DNA from: a virus
Strand: one strand, 5' to 3'
Virus record (IMG/VR): IMGVR_UViG_3300046779_001412
Span: 1 to 64,000 of that record
Length of the DNA: 64,000 bases
Positions 8,779 to 16,951 of this stretch are shown in pieces. The notes under the pieces are model-generated. The model was not told the DNA's origin and did no database searches. It worked only from the letters and a program-made list of their open reading frames with translations. The stretch's first letter is position 1. Every line of letters starts with the position of its first letter. A program made the translations under genes and the position numbers.

Positions 8779-9284
8779 AATACTTTCACACTGTCTGCAT
8801 TTATCTCCCAGAACAGATCATAATCCATGATCATCCAGTGTCCGTTGAGTCCACTAGCATAGTTAAAATGCCTAGTAAACATCAAACTAGATGTATTGGG
8901 CTGTACCTGCACAGCCACAAATTGGCCCTTGCGATTGAACTTCATACATAGAATGTTGAAATCTTCTGCATCAGCAACCTCAATACACTGTTGAATCCAA
9001 GTGTCTAGAGTTTTACACGATCCTTGAAACAACTGATGAAATGGAAAGTCTTTGTAGCTCTTGCACTCACAGTTGAACCTAGGAAAACTTTCACCGGGTA
9101 TGATGTCGCCTTTGAAACTGCGGATCTGCCCTTCGTGTAATACCTGTTTACGATGACTATTAGCGCCGCCAATATAAGCACCTGAATGTGGCACTCGTAT
9201 AAATGTTTCTCCGTAGAGTGTAGTGAGATGTCGTGCAACAGTATTCTCCCAGGTATTGCCTTTGATTTTTTGCGGACTAGTCAT
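8769..9284 (-). CDS. Holliday junction resolvase (PD-(D/E)XK, Hjc-like)
   Basis: K.KG..WE, R.P.SGA, GDI, ECKSYK motifs; downstream of gp46/gp47. Confidence 0.8.
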   Translation of the reverse strand: MTSPQKIKGNTWENTVARHLTTLYGETFIRVPHSGAYIGGANSHRKQVLHEGQIRSFKGDIIPGESFPRFNCECKSYKDFPFHQLFQGSCKTLDTWIQQCIEVADAEDFNILCMKFNRKGQFVAVQVQPNTSSLMFTRHFNYASGLNGHWMIMDYDLFWEINADSVKVLCA

Positions 9285-9293
9285 GTGTTTTAG

Positions 9294-10331
9294 TTACCAT
9301 TCCTGCGCATATTCAGCAGTTACTTGATCGGCAGCACACTTGGTTTGGCATTCTTGCCACGCATAAGATTGAAATTTAGTAGACCAAAAAGGATCTGCCA
9401 GCACTGACATTAAATCACGCTTTTTTAGATCAAACTGATTGCCCAGCTGTTGCCATTCTTCGTTGTGTTCATAGCGATTTGCTACCCAACAACAGGGAAA
9501 TAATTGCCCCTGTGCGCTGATATACAGACCCTTGTTTCCAATGGCACACAATGGCTTTACACCATTCACTGTGGTGGTATTTTGATATTTTTCTAGATTA
9601 ATAGGCCATGCTGTACGAGCACGGTTTTGAAACGCATATACTTCACGTTCAAATCTGTGGCTTTGACTAATCAAAGCAGGCATAGGCTCAAGACTGTCCT
9701 TAGTGCCATAGTGAGCATATACACTGCCAAACTTAGTGCTCTTGGTCAGTTGGAATCTATCAAACCCAAGATCCAGCGCCTGATTTTTCATGTGCTGAAT
9801 ATACTTTTGATTAAATTTAAAAGCAATTGCAGCCCAGATCATCTGGCATCTACTATGTGCACGTAGAGTCTTTGCCCCTGAGATAATGCCGTCATAGTCA
9901 CTGTTCACACGATACTGATTATTGCTTTTGTTATCCCAACCGTCAATACTAAAATGCACACTGTCTGTATCACCAAGCTGCAGGGCCAAGCTCTTCCACC
10001 AGTATTCAGATTTGTGACTACCATTAGTAACAATCACGATCTCAATATCTGACTGGATGCTTTTGAAATAGGCAATCACTGGTATTAAATCATGCGCATA
10101 TATTGGATCACCGTCATCACCACAGAAAGTAATCTTACGCACATGCTGTTTTACAAAGTCAGGTTTGAAGTTACGTTCAAAAAAGTCAAAGTCTAATTCG
10201 GTGTTTACCAGACTGTGAGGAACTTCCTGTCTAGCACACCGAGGACAGCGCAGAGTACATTTGCTGGATATCTCAATATGCCAGTGCCATAGAGCCAGAC
10301 TGTTAGTCGCCTGCATAGGAAGTGAATCCAT
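9294..10331 (-). CDS. Radical SAM protein with C-terminal twitch/SPASM domain
   Basis: CTLRCPRC, CGDDGDP, TNG, FSIDG; C-terminal C-x7-YISAQG.LFPCC...C-x3-C. Confidence 0.85.
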   Translation of the reverse strand: MDSLPMQATNSLALWHWHIEISSKCTLRCPRCARQEVPHSLVNTELDFDFFERNFKPDFVKQHVRKITFCGDDGDPIYAHDLIPVIAYFKSIQSDIEIVIVTNGSHKSEYWWKSLALQLGDTDSVHFSIDGWDNKSNNQYRVNSDYDGIISGAKTLRAHSRCQMIWAAIAFKFNQKYIQHMKNQALDLGFDRFQLTKSTKFGSVYAHYGTKDSLEPMPALISQSHRFEREVYAFQNRARTAWPINLEKYQNTTTVNGVKPLCAIGNKGLYISAQGQLFPCCWVANRYEHNEEWQQLGNQFDLKKRDLMSVLADPFWSTKFQSYAWQECQTKCAADQVTAEYAQEW

Positions 10332-12054
10332 TTTCTTTAACCACTTTCATGATATTTTCCACACGTCCTGCTAGTTCATCACGGTGACTAACAAGCCATA
10401 TGCTTTTGTGACGTTCGCGTCCCATTTTCTTAAGAATGGCCAGAGCATTTTCAACACCCTGTGTGTCAAGGCCCGAGTCAATCATTTCATCTACAAACAG
10501 TAGATTCACCGGACGATATAAGCTTTCCCATACATCACGGAATGCCCAGCTCATGCTTAGAATCAATCGATTGCGTTCACCTCGACTGAGATTGTCAAAG
10601 TCAAGATCTCTACCAAGTTCGGTAATCTCTACCGACAGATCATTTTGAAACAGCACCTGATGCGGCAATCCAATGCGATCAAGATAGTATACTAGTCTAC
10701 TGTTCAAATAAGATAGATTTTGATCAATGATCTTTTTGCGTATAAACGAATCTTTGTTGGTTAGAAGTTTCAGCAAAAAGTCTTGATGGTCTTGTAGTTT
10801 GGTCAGTTCATTGAGATGATCGTAGGACACGTCTTGTAAAGCTTGACCACGCATGTCTTGTATCTGTTCGGTATAAGGATCAGTTTCACTGCTGCGATTT
10901 TGTAGATTAGTTTGCAGGGTTTCAAGACTGTTGCGATGATTCAAGGCCTGTTCTAGGTTGTCATAGAATACAGTTGGTGCAACACCAAGCTCGCCTAGGT
11001 CATCAAGTTCGTTTTGATGTTCACTTTTTTGTGTGTCATTGGTGAGCAGTTGCAGTGCTAGTTCCTGTAGTTCTTTTTGTTTTTTGTCTTTTACAGTGTC
11101 AAGACTGTTGTCGTGTATTTCGGTGCCACAGGCAAAACAACGATGCGCCTGCATCTGTTCAAGATCCTTTTGCAGTTGAGCACGTTGCTTATTGAGTTTT
11201 ACATTGTCTTGATCAATCTGTCGGATCCAGCGATTGTGTTCGTCAATCTGCTTTTTATTGGAATGATAAATTTCAAGATCACGATGCGCTTGGATTTCTG
11301 ATTCAATGTCAATGTGCTCCAGCGCACTAATAGCCTCACGCACTTTGTCGCAGTCTTCCTGTTGTTTTTTAATCCAAAGATCTCGACGTTTTTCTAAACT
11401 GGTGATCTGTTCTTCAATGCGTTTGTTTGCTTCTTGCACAGCACGAATACGCATTTCTTCTTGACCAATTTCTTCCTTGGTTCCACGATTCAGTTCGCGT
11501 ATGCGTTCGGCCCGCTCACTGAGCTGCGTGATTCCCAAGAGTTGTTCTATGATTTCTCGTTGATCATTGGCACGCAGATTCAAGAAGGGCTCTGTATAGG
11601 TATTCAAGGCCACAATGTGACGAAACATATTGTGACTCATACCCAGCAAGCGTTCTACGGCTTCTTGTGTTTCGCGTGAGTCGCCTTGTGCATCATCAGT
11701 AGCAAGTTTTTCTTCGTTGTTTACAAAGAATTTTAATACATTGGGACGACGTCCACGTTCAATACGATAGCCCTGACCATCTACTACAAAGTCCAGACTC
11801 ACAACCATTTGTTTGCCATTGGTCTTGTTGATAAGATTGTCTTTTTTGATATTGGTCAAGGCCATGCCAAACAGTGCAAAACTTAGAGCATTTATAATCG
11901 TGGTTTTGCCTGTGCCATTACGCGAACCGTCACCGCCAAGATCTAGATTCTCTCCCAGTACCAGAGTAAGGTCGCGACGATCAAAGTCCAGAGCCTGTGT
12001 GGCATTGCCTACACTCATAAAGTTTCGTACTGTGAGCTTATTGATTATGATCAT
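10303..12054 (-). CDS. gp46: Recombination endonuclease ATPase subunit (T4 gp46 / SbcC / Rad50)
   Basis: NFMS.GN, Walker A NGTGKT, coiled coil with CFAC zinc hook, signature LSRGE, Walker B LFVDE, VSH. Confidence 0.95.
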   Translation of the reverse strand: MIIINKLTVRNFMSVGNATQALDFDRRDLTLVLGENLDLGGDGSRNGTGKTTIINALSFALFGMALTNIKKDNLINKTNGKQMVVSLDFVVDGQGYRIERGRRPNVLKFFVNNEEKLATDDAQGDSRETQEAVERLLGMSHNMFRHIVALNTYTEPFLNLRANDQREIIEQLLGITQLSERAERIRELNRGTKEEIGQEEMRIRAVQEANKRIEEQITSLEKRRDLWIKKQQEDCDKVREAISALEHIDIESEIQAHRDLEIYHSNKKQIDEHNRWIRQIDQDNVKLNKQRAQLQKDLEQMQAHRCFACGTEIHDNSLDTVKDKKQKELQELALQLLTNDTQKSEHQNELDDLGELGVAPTVFYDNLEQALNHRNSLETLQTNLQNRSSETDPYTEQIQDMRGQALQDVSYDHLNELTKLQDHQDFLLKLLTNKDSFIRKKIIDQNLSYLNSRLVYYLDRIGLPHQVLFQNDLSVEITELGRDLDFDNLSRGERNRLILSMSWAFRDVWESLYRPVNLLFVDEMIDSGLDTQGVENALAILKKMGRERHKSIWLVSHRDELAGRVENIMKVVKENGFTSYAGD

Positions 12055-12878
12055 AATTGTACGTATTGTAACACATTTGTTCTATGACTAGCGACCAAGT
12101 CTTCGCGATGTCGGTCCCAAAGGCGATTGCGTACTTCTGGATTGAACCAATCTAGAACTATTTTGTCTGGTTGTATTAGTTCGTGTAGTAGAGAACCAAT
12201 ATAACTTTGTTCTAGTATAGTAAACTGATCAATATCTTTGATCAGGACCATTTTACTAAGAAATTTTGCGCCTTGATTGATATATTGATAATTGGCAGAT
12301 CTCAACAAAACATACATTTGATCAAACCATGCACCGTTGGGAATTACACGTTGCAAGCAACTGCTGAGTTTGTCAAGATCATCAAAATTTGAATACTCAA
12401 GATTAATTGCCTGACTGCCCGGATGTATCCAAGACAAACAGTGTCCCCAGTCGTGTTTTTTTATCAACCAATAGAAAAAATATTCAACTAGACTATTGGT
12501 GTAATAATCTGTGTTGGTGTTGTGCTGAATGTTGTAACTGCTGCGCCAGTGGTCAAGCAGTTGGCCATATGCTCGTGTGCTGGTACCCAGTGAACTTAGA
12601 TCCTCTGCAAGATAATTGGTTCGAATGCCAATATCGTCAGTTTTTTCAAAGTAATTGTGTAGATACCAAACTAGATTGTTTTTGCCTACATACATGTTGA
12701 TTACATGCGTATCAGGCATATGGTTGGCTATGACTTCGGCTTTGATAACCCATGGCACCTGACTTTGATGAGCAAGAAAATTTCTTCCTTGTTGTTCAAA
12801 TACAGAGTCAGGATCTAGCGCCGCCGACAGCCAGTTTTGATACATGCCAGGCAAGCCATAGATAACATATTGTATCAT
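12051..12878 (-). CDS. Hypothetical protein inserted between gp47 and gp46
   Basis: 275-aa ORF, ATGA-coupled on both sides. Confidence 0.65.
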   Translation of the reverse strand: MIQYVIYGLPGMYQNWLSAALDPDSVFEQQGRNFLAHQSQVPWVIKAEVIANHMPDTHVINMYVGKNNLVWYLHNYFEKTDDIGIRTNYLAEDLSSLGTSTRAYGQLLDHWRSSYNIQHNTNTDYYTNSLVEYFFYWLIKKHDWGHCLSWIHPGSQAINLEYSNFDDLDKLSSCLQRVIPNGAWFDQMYVLLRSANYQYINQGAKFLSKMVLIKDIDQFTILEQSYIGSLLHELIQPDKIVLDWFNPEVRNRLWDRHREDLVASHRTNVLQYVQL

Positions 12879-13897
12879 AAAGTCTGATATATGTGTAGCA
12901 ATAACTTACTATCATATACATCAGACTGAATGTTTAGAATTTGATCAGTGATGATTTGATCTACACTTTCAAATCGTATTTCACCTGGAGCAAGATCCTG
13001 AGTATGTGACAAGTTCTTGTTGGGTATAAGAGCCATTTCTCGCAATTGATAGTCACGAATGAATGTTTCTTTGATATAGTTGGCTTCTTCGTAACTGATA
13101 TCAATATCCAGTTCTACACGCACATGCATCTTGGGACGCAGTATGCTGGCAGCATGATCAATCAAGTGTGCTAAACTTAAAACTCTGTAGGTTGGCTGAT
13201 CAGGCCACGCATGGTATTCTGGTTGTTTGCCCCACTCCATGATCATGACACCACGTTCGTCGTCGCCTGCGTCTGCAAAATTATGCGGAAAGCAGTTGCC
13301 AATGTAGGTTACATTGTTTTTGGTTTGTCGCTTATGAAAGTGTCCAGTATACACATGCTCAAAACCAGATAGATCTTCACGACGAACCGATCCATGATCA
13401 GGCATTTCTACCATGGCATTCATTAGATAACCAGGAAGTTCAAAATGTCCAAACAAGTATTTGCCAGACATCTTTGCCAGACGTTTATGGTCGTCACCTA
13501 CCAACCATGGCGCCACAACAACATCACCAGACTGTACCCAGTCATTACAGATAACCAGATTAGGAAGATGCTTCGCCCACTCCACACTTTGTACATCACG
13601 TTTGTCGCGATAGTATAAATCATGGTTGCCGGGAATAAAGTATACAGTAGAAAAGTTTGCGGAGAGGTGTTCCAGGGCCTGGAGACTATAGTTAAGAGTG
13701 ACAATGTTAATGCTAGCCCTATGATTGTGCCAGTCGCCAAGAAAAAACGCCGTTTCACATCCCTCCTCCAGAGCCTTTGCAGTGGCCCATTTCACAAATG
13801 CCAAACAGTCATCATTGTGTAGTTGACTGTTGCTTTTCAAACCAAAATGTATGTCGGTGAACAACGCCGCTCGATGAAAAAGATTTGCCATAGTCAC
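12875..13897 (-). CDS. gp47: Recombination endonuclease nuclease subunit (T4 gp47 / SbcD / Mre11)
   Basis: Metallophosphoesterase motifs DIHFG, LGD, GNHD, GHFE, GHFH. Confidence 0.95.
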   Translation of the reverse strand: MTMANLFHRAALFTDIHFGLKSNSQLHNDDCLAFVKWATAKALEEGCETAFFLGDWHNHRASINIVTLNYSLQALEHLSANFSTVYFIPGNHDLYYRDKRDVQSVEWAKHLPNLVICNDWVQSGDVVVAPWLVGDDHKRLAKMSGKYLFGHFELPGYLMNAMVEMPDHGSVRREDLSGFEHVYTGHFHKRQTKNNVTYIGNCFPHNFADAGDDERGVMIMEWGKQPEYHAWPDQPTYRVLSLAHLIDHAASILRPKMHVRVELDIDISYEEANYIKETFIRDYQLREMALIPNKNLSHTQDLAPGEIRFESVDQIITDQILNIQSDVYDSKLLLHIYQTL

Positions 13898-13902
13898 ACA
13901 GT

Positions 13903-14793
13903 TTAGTGATCTTCTTGATTTTCTGCAACCGTTATGGTAGAAACAGCGCCGGGGTCGCGTCCTGCGTTTTGACGAGTCCAGGAAGGATTGAGCCCATTCA
14001 TTTCCAAGATATCATCGCGTATGTTCTGCATTTTCTTTTCAATGTTGAGAATACGTGTGAACGAATTGGTTATAGCAGCGGTATAGTAAGCAAAGGGGTT
14101 TTGGCTCTTGCTTTCGTCAAACTGCAACCCAATCTGACTGAGTTGCAGCAGAGCCTGTCCACGCATTTCTTCGTTGTAGGTATAACCACGCCAGTTGCTT
14201 CGAGTGGCATAGCGTTCACATAACTTCATGAACATCTGGGCTAGTTTGCGAGTCATGTTGCCATGCTCGCGACTGTAGTTGCCGATGTCCAAGGTGCCTT
14301 GCCAATGGCTTTTGCCCACAATGTATGGCACTTTGTGTTCATTGATTCTATAGTGAAAAAACGGAGGAAAATTTACTCGCACATGAGTAGGATCTCCCAC
14401 AGGTTCTTCTACTAGGTCTGGTATATCATCACTAGAGACGTCATCCATGTCAAGAATATCTTCTACACGTTTGCGCTTGGCAGCGGCCTTGGTGGGTTTT
14501 CTAGGTGCCATGGGTATGTGTTCCCAGGTTGTGATCCTAAACACAAGATCGGTGTTGGCAATCTTTTTAGGATCAACAATCTCGCCAGTTTCGCGCTTGA
14601 TACGGTCTGCACGATTGCGCCGAGCTTCTGCAATAGTACGCTGATTAATCTTGCTCACAGAAGCAAGAATGATGTCATATTGATGATCTGTTACAGGGTC
14701 AGCAAACACACAGTAGGTATTCTTGCTTAGATGTATTTCTTTAAGTATGTCTCTGTTGTTGAGATAATTTACTCGGGGAGGGGTAGACGCCAA
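13903..14793 (-). CDS. gp55: Late-transcription sigma factor (T4 gp55-like)
   Basis: NYLNNRD.L, NWRGYTYNEEM, FDESKSQNPFAYYT...NSF.R...EKK; TTG start with AAGGAG SD at 14801-14806; upstream of gp47 as in T4. Confidence 0.88.
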   Translation of the reverse strand: MASTPPRVNYLNNRDILKEIHLSKNTYCVFADPVTDHQYDIILASVSKINQRTIAEARRNRADRIKRETGEIVDPKKIANTDLVFRITTWEHIPMAPRKPTKAAAKRKRVEDILDMDDVSSDDIPDLVEEPVGDPTHVRVNFPPFFHYRINEHKVPYIVGKSHWQGTLDIGNYSREHGNMTRKLAQMFMKLCERYATRSNWRGYTYNEEMRGQALLQLSQIGLQFDESKSQNPFAYYTAAITNSFTRILNIEKKMQNIRDDILEMNGLNPSWTRQNAGRDPGAVSTITVAENQEDH

Positions 14794-14817
14794 TGTATTT
14801 CTCCTTAATTTGTATTT

Positions 14818-14845
14818 ATTTTAACATTTTTTGCCGGTTTGTCAA
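14818..14845 (-). promoter_or_regulatory. Sigma70-type promoter for the gp55-gp47-gp46 operon
   Basis: Minus strand TTGACA (14845-14840), 16 nt spacer ending TGT, TAAAAT (14823-14818): consensus -35 plus extended -10. Confidence 0.7.
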
Positions 14846-14879
14846 CCTTTTCCTTTATCATAGCCGTTATAAAACACGG

Positions 14880-14885
14880 TAAATA
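14880..14885 (+). promoter_or_regulatory. Putative late promoter (TAAATA) for the baseplate operon
   Basis: TAAATA 18 nt upstream of ATG 14904, followed by AGGA SD. Confidence 0.55.
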
Positions 14886-14903
14886 ATCAATAGGAAACAT
14901 AAC

Positions 14904-16649
14904 ATGCCCCAGATTCTAATAGACGGTAGATTGGTTGAACTCACGCAAGAACAGTATGACGCCTTCACACGGCCAGGTCAAGGACAAGAAGCTCCTGCCG
15001 GTGGCAGCACTCTACAACTCAATGACAACCCACTAATTCTGCAGCCCAACACATCCGAGGCAATACCAGGGCAGTCTTTGTCTCTAAGAGAAGAAATTCT
15101 TGCCAGAAACAGAGAATTAGCTGCTCGCGAGCTAGGATACGGCACTCCGCCCAATACCACAGTGCCTGCTTCTGATGTGGTCACTGGTGCAGCTTCTAAC
15201 ACCGGGTTTGGGTATATTCCTGAAGATGACTTTATTGGTAGAGTGGCCGTGGGACAACAACCAGGTGTTAGTTCTTATGGTGAGCCACCTGTGCCACCGC
15301 AGGCTCAAGACCTTGAGCTCCAGGTTCGTGGAATTGATCTTGTTGATGTTGATGCCAATCGAGGACAAGGCTTTGTTCCGTATCGCGGCGAAGTTGTAGA
15401 AGAATTTCCCTATGATGGTTCGGCTGCGGCAGCCTTGTCACGATCCAGGCCCTCTGACCCCCCAGGTGGCAGTAGTTACTATCCTGTGCAAGGTGCTGCT
15501 GGTAATCCTTTTGCTAGATCTGAACCTGAAGACACTGACCTTGGCAACAGCAGTTACTATCCTGTGCAGCAAGGGCAGCTTTTAGCTGCTACAGGTTCTC
15601 AAGGTAATCCTTTTGCTAGGCTCCCGCCCGAAGAAACAGACCTTGGCAACAGCAGTTATTATCCAAGTCAAACAACACAAAATCCTTTTGCTGCGCAACA
15701 ACTTGCCATTGAGCCACCCGCAACCAATGCCAGCGACTATTATCCCACTGGACAAACACAGCAAGGTAATCCATTTGCTAACCCAGTTTATACCGATGAT
15801 ATTGCTGCTAAAGTCACACAGCTGAAGCAACAAAATGCCATACGTTCTCAAAGGTCGGCGTTTAATGAGAAAGACTGGCGAGTACGATTGGCACTTGCAC
15901 CTCAAGCACAATATCTATACAACGTGGCGGCACCAGGTGATTTGTTGTTCCCGTTGGTGGGTAAAGGCATTATTTTCCCATACACTCCTGCAATCAGCAC
16001 ATCCTATAAAGCCAACTATACACCTTATGATCTAACCCATAGCAACCTACGTGGCTATTTTTACCAAAACAGTAGTCCGCAAGATATTCAACTCACTGCT
16101 ACCTTTACTGCTCAAGACACCACAGAGGCCAACTATCTTCTTGCTGTGATACATTTTTTAAGATCAGCAACAAAAATGTTTTATGGACAAGATGCACAAG
16201 CAGGCGCACCGCCTCCTCCTCTGTATCTTAGTGGCTATGGAATTTACGGATTCAATGAACATCCTGTGTTGCTGGGATCCTTTAATTATAGTCTACCTAA
16301 TGATGTAGATTACATTAGAGCACGTTCAGAAAATATCAACGGCACTGATCTTACGGTACGACGACCGCGCACTCCAAGTCCGCCAAATACCAGTCCAATA
16401 TATTCAGCTATTACTAGATTGAAAACAATTTTTACGCCCAAAGGAGCGGAGCCAAAACAAAAAGCTGCACAACCTTTTAACACCTCCGGGCAAAGTCTAG
16501 AACTAGGAGGCGAAACACCAACCTATGTACCCACCCAGATGGAAATACAGTTGACATTACTGCCACTACAGAGTCGCAGCCAGATGAGCAAACAGTTTAG
16601 TCTAACACAGTTTGCGCAAGGATCACTATTACGAGGAGGATTCTGGTAA
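14904..16649 (+). CDS. Virion protein: low-complexity repeat N-terminus plus baseplate/tail-tube-initiator-like C-terminal domain
   Basis: C-terminal DWRVRL, GIIFPYTP.I, HSN, FTAQ, HFLRSATKMFYG, PPP.L.L.GYG, LP.DVDYI; first gene of the baseplate module. Confidence 0.6.
   Translation: MPQILIDGRLVELTQEQYDAFTRPGQGQEAPAGGSTLQLNDNPLILQPNTSEAIPGQSLSLREEILARNRELAARELGYGTPPNTTVPASDVVTGAASNTGFGYIPEDDFIGRVAVGQQPGVSSYGEPPVPPQAQDLELQVRGIDLVDVDANRGQGFVPYRGEVVEEFPYDGSAAAALSRSRPSDPPGGSSYYPVQGAAGNPFARSEPEDTDLGNSSYYPVQQGQLLAATGSQGNPFARLPPEETDLGNSSYYPSQTTQNPFAAQQLAIEPPATNASDYYPTGQTQQGNPFANPVYTDDIAAKVTQLKQQNAIRSQRSAFNEKDWRVRLALAPQAQYLYNVAAPGDLLFPLVGKGIIFPYTPAISTSYKANYTPYDLTHSNLRGYFYQNSSPQDIQLTATFTAQDTTEANYLLAVIHFLRSATKMFYGQDAQAGAPPPPLYLSGYGIYGFNEHPVLLGSFNYSLPNDVDYIRARSENINGTDLTVRRPRTPSPPNTSPIYSAITRLKTIFTPKGAEPKQKAAQPFNTSGQSLELGGETPTYVPTQMEIQLTLLPLQSRSQMSKQFSLTQFAQGSLLRGGFW
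15465..15785 (+). repeat. Four degenerate SSYYP...(G)NPFA peptide repeats
   Basis: Visible in translation; DNA blocks GGTAATCCTTTTGCTAG (15501, 15603) and GACCTTGGCAACAGCAGTTA (15537, 15639) each recur at 102-bp spacing. Confidence 0.85.
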
Positions 16650-16948
16650 TGGCAAGCTATTCCGCAACCAGCCCATACTACAACACCGGATACACGCAGT
16701 TTTATCTTGATGTCATGATAGATCGACCTATTCCCAAGGAATCTGATGATCTGCTGATGACTATCAATACAGTGTACGAATATAGGCCAGATCTCTTGGC
16801 CTATGATCTATATGACACGCCAGCCTTATGGTGGGTGTTCTATCAACGCAATCCCAATACATTAACAGCTCCACCTTTAGATTTCAAAGCAGGCGTGAGT
16901 ATCTTTGTTCCAAAAATCAGCACACTGCGTAGTGCTCTAGGATTCTAA
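16649..16948 (+). CDS. Baseplate wedge protein (T4 gp53-like, LysM-like fold)
   Basis: YEYRPDLLAYDLY...LWWVF..RN motif. Confidence 0.8.
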   Translation: MASYSATSPYYNTGYTQFYLDVMIDRPIPKESDDLLMTINTVYEYRPDLLAYDLYDTPALWWVFYQRNPNTLTAPPLDFKAGVSIFVPKISTLRSALGF

Positions 16949-16951
16949 TCT

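Noticed and set aside
15465-15785. Possible CRISPR-like array
   Set aside because: Repeats are in-frame, degenerate at synonymous positions and lie inside a CDS; no cas genes seen
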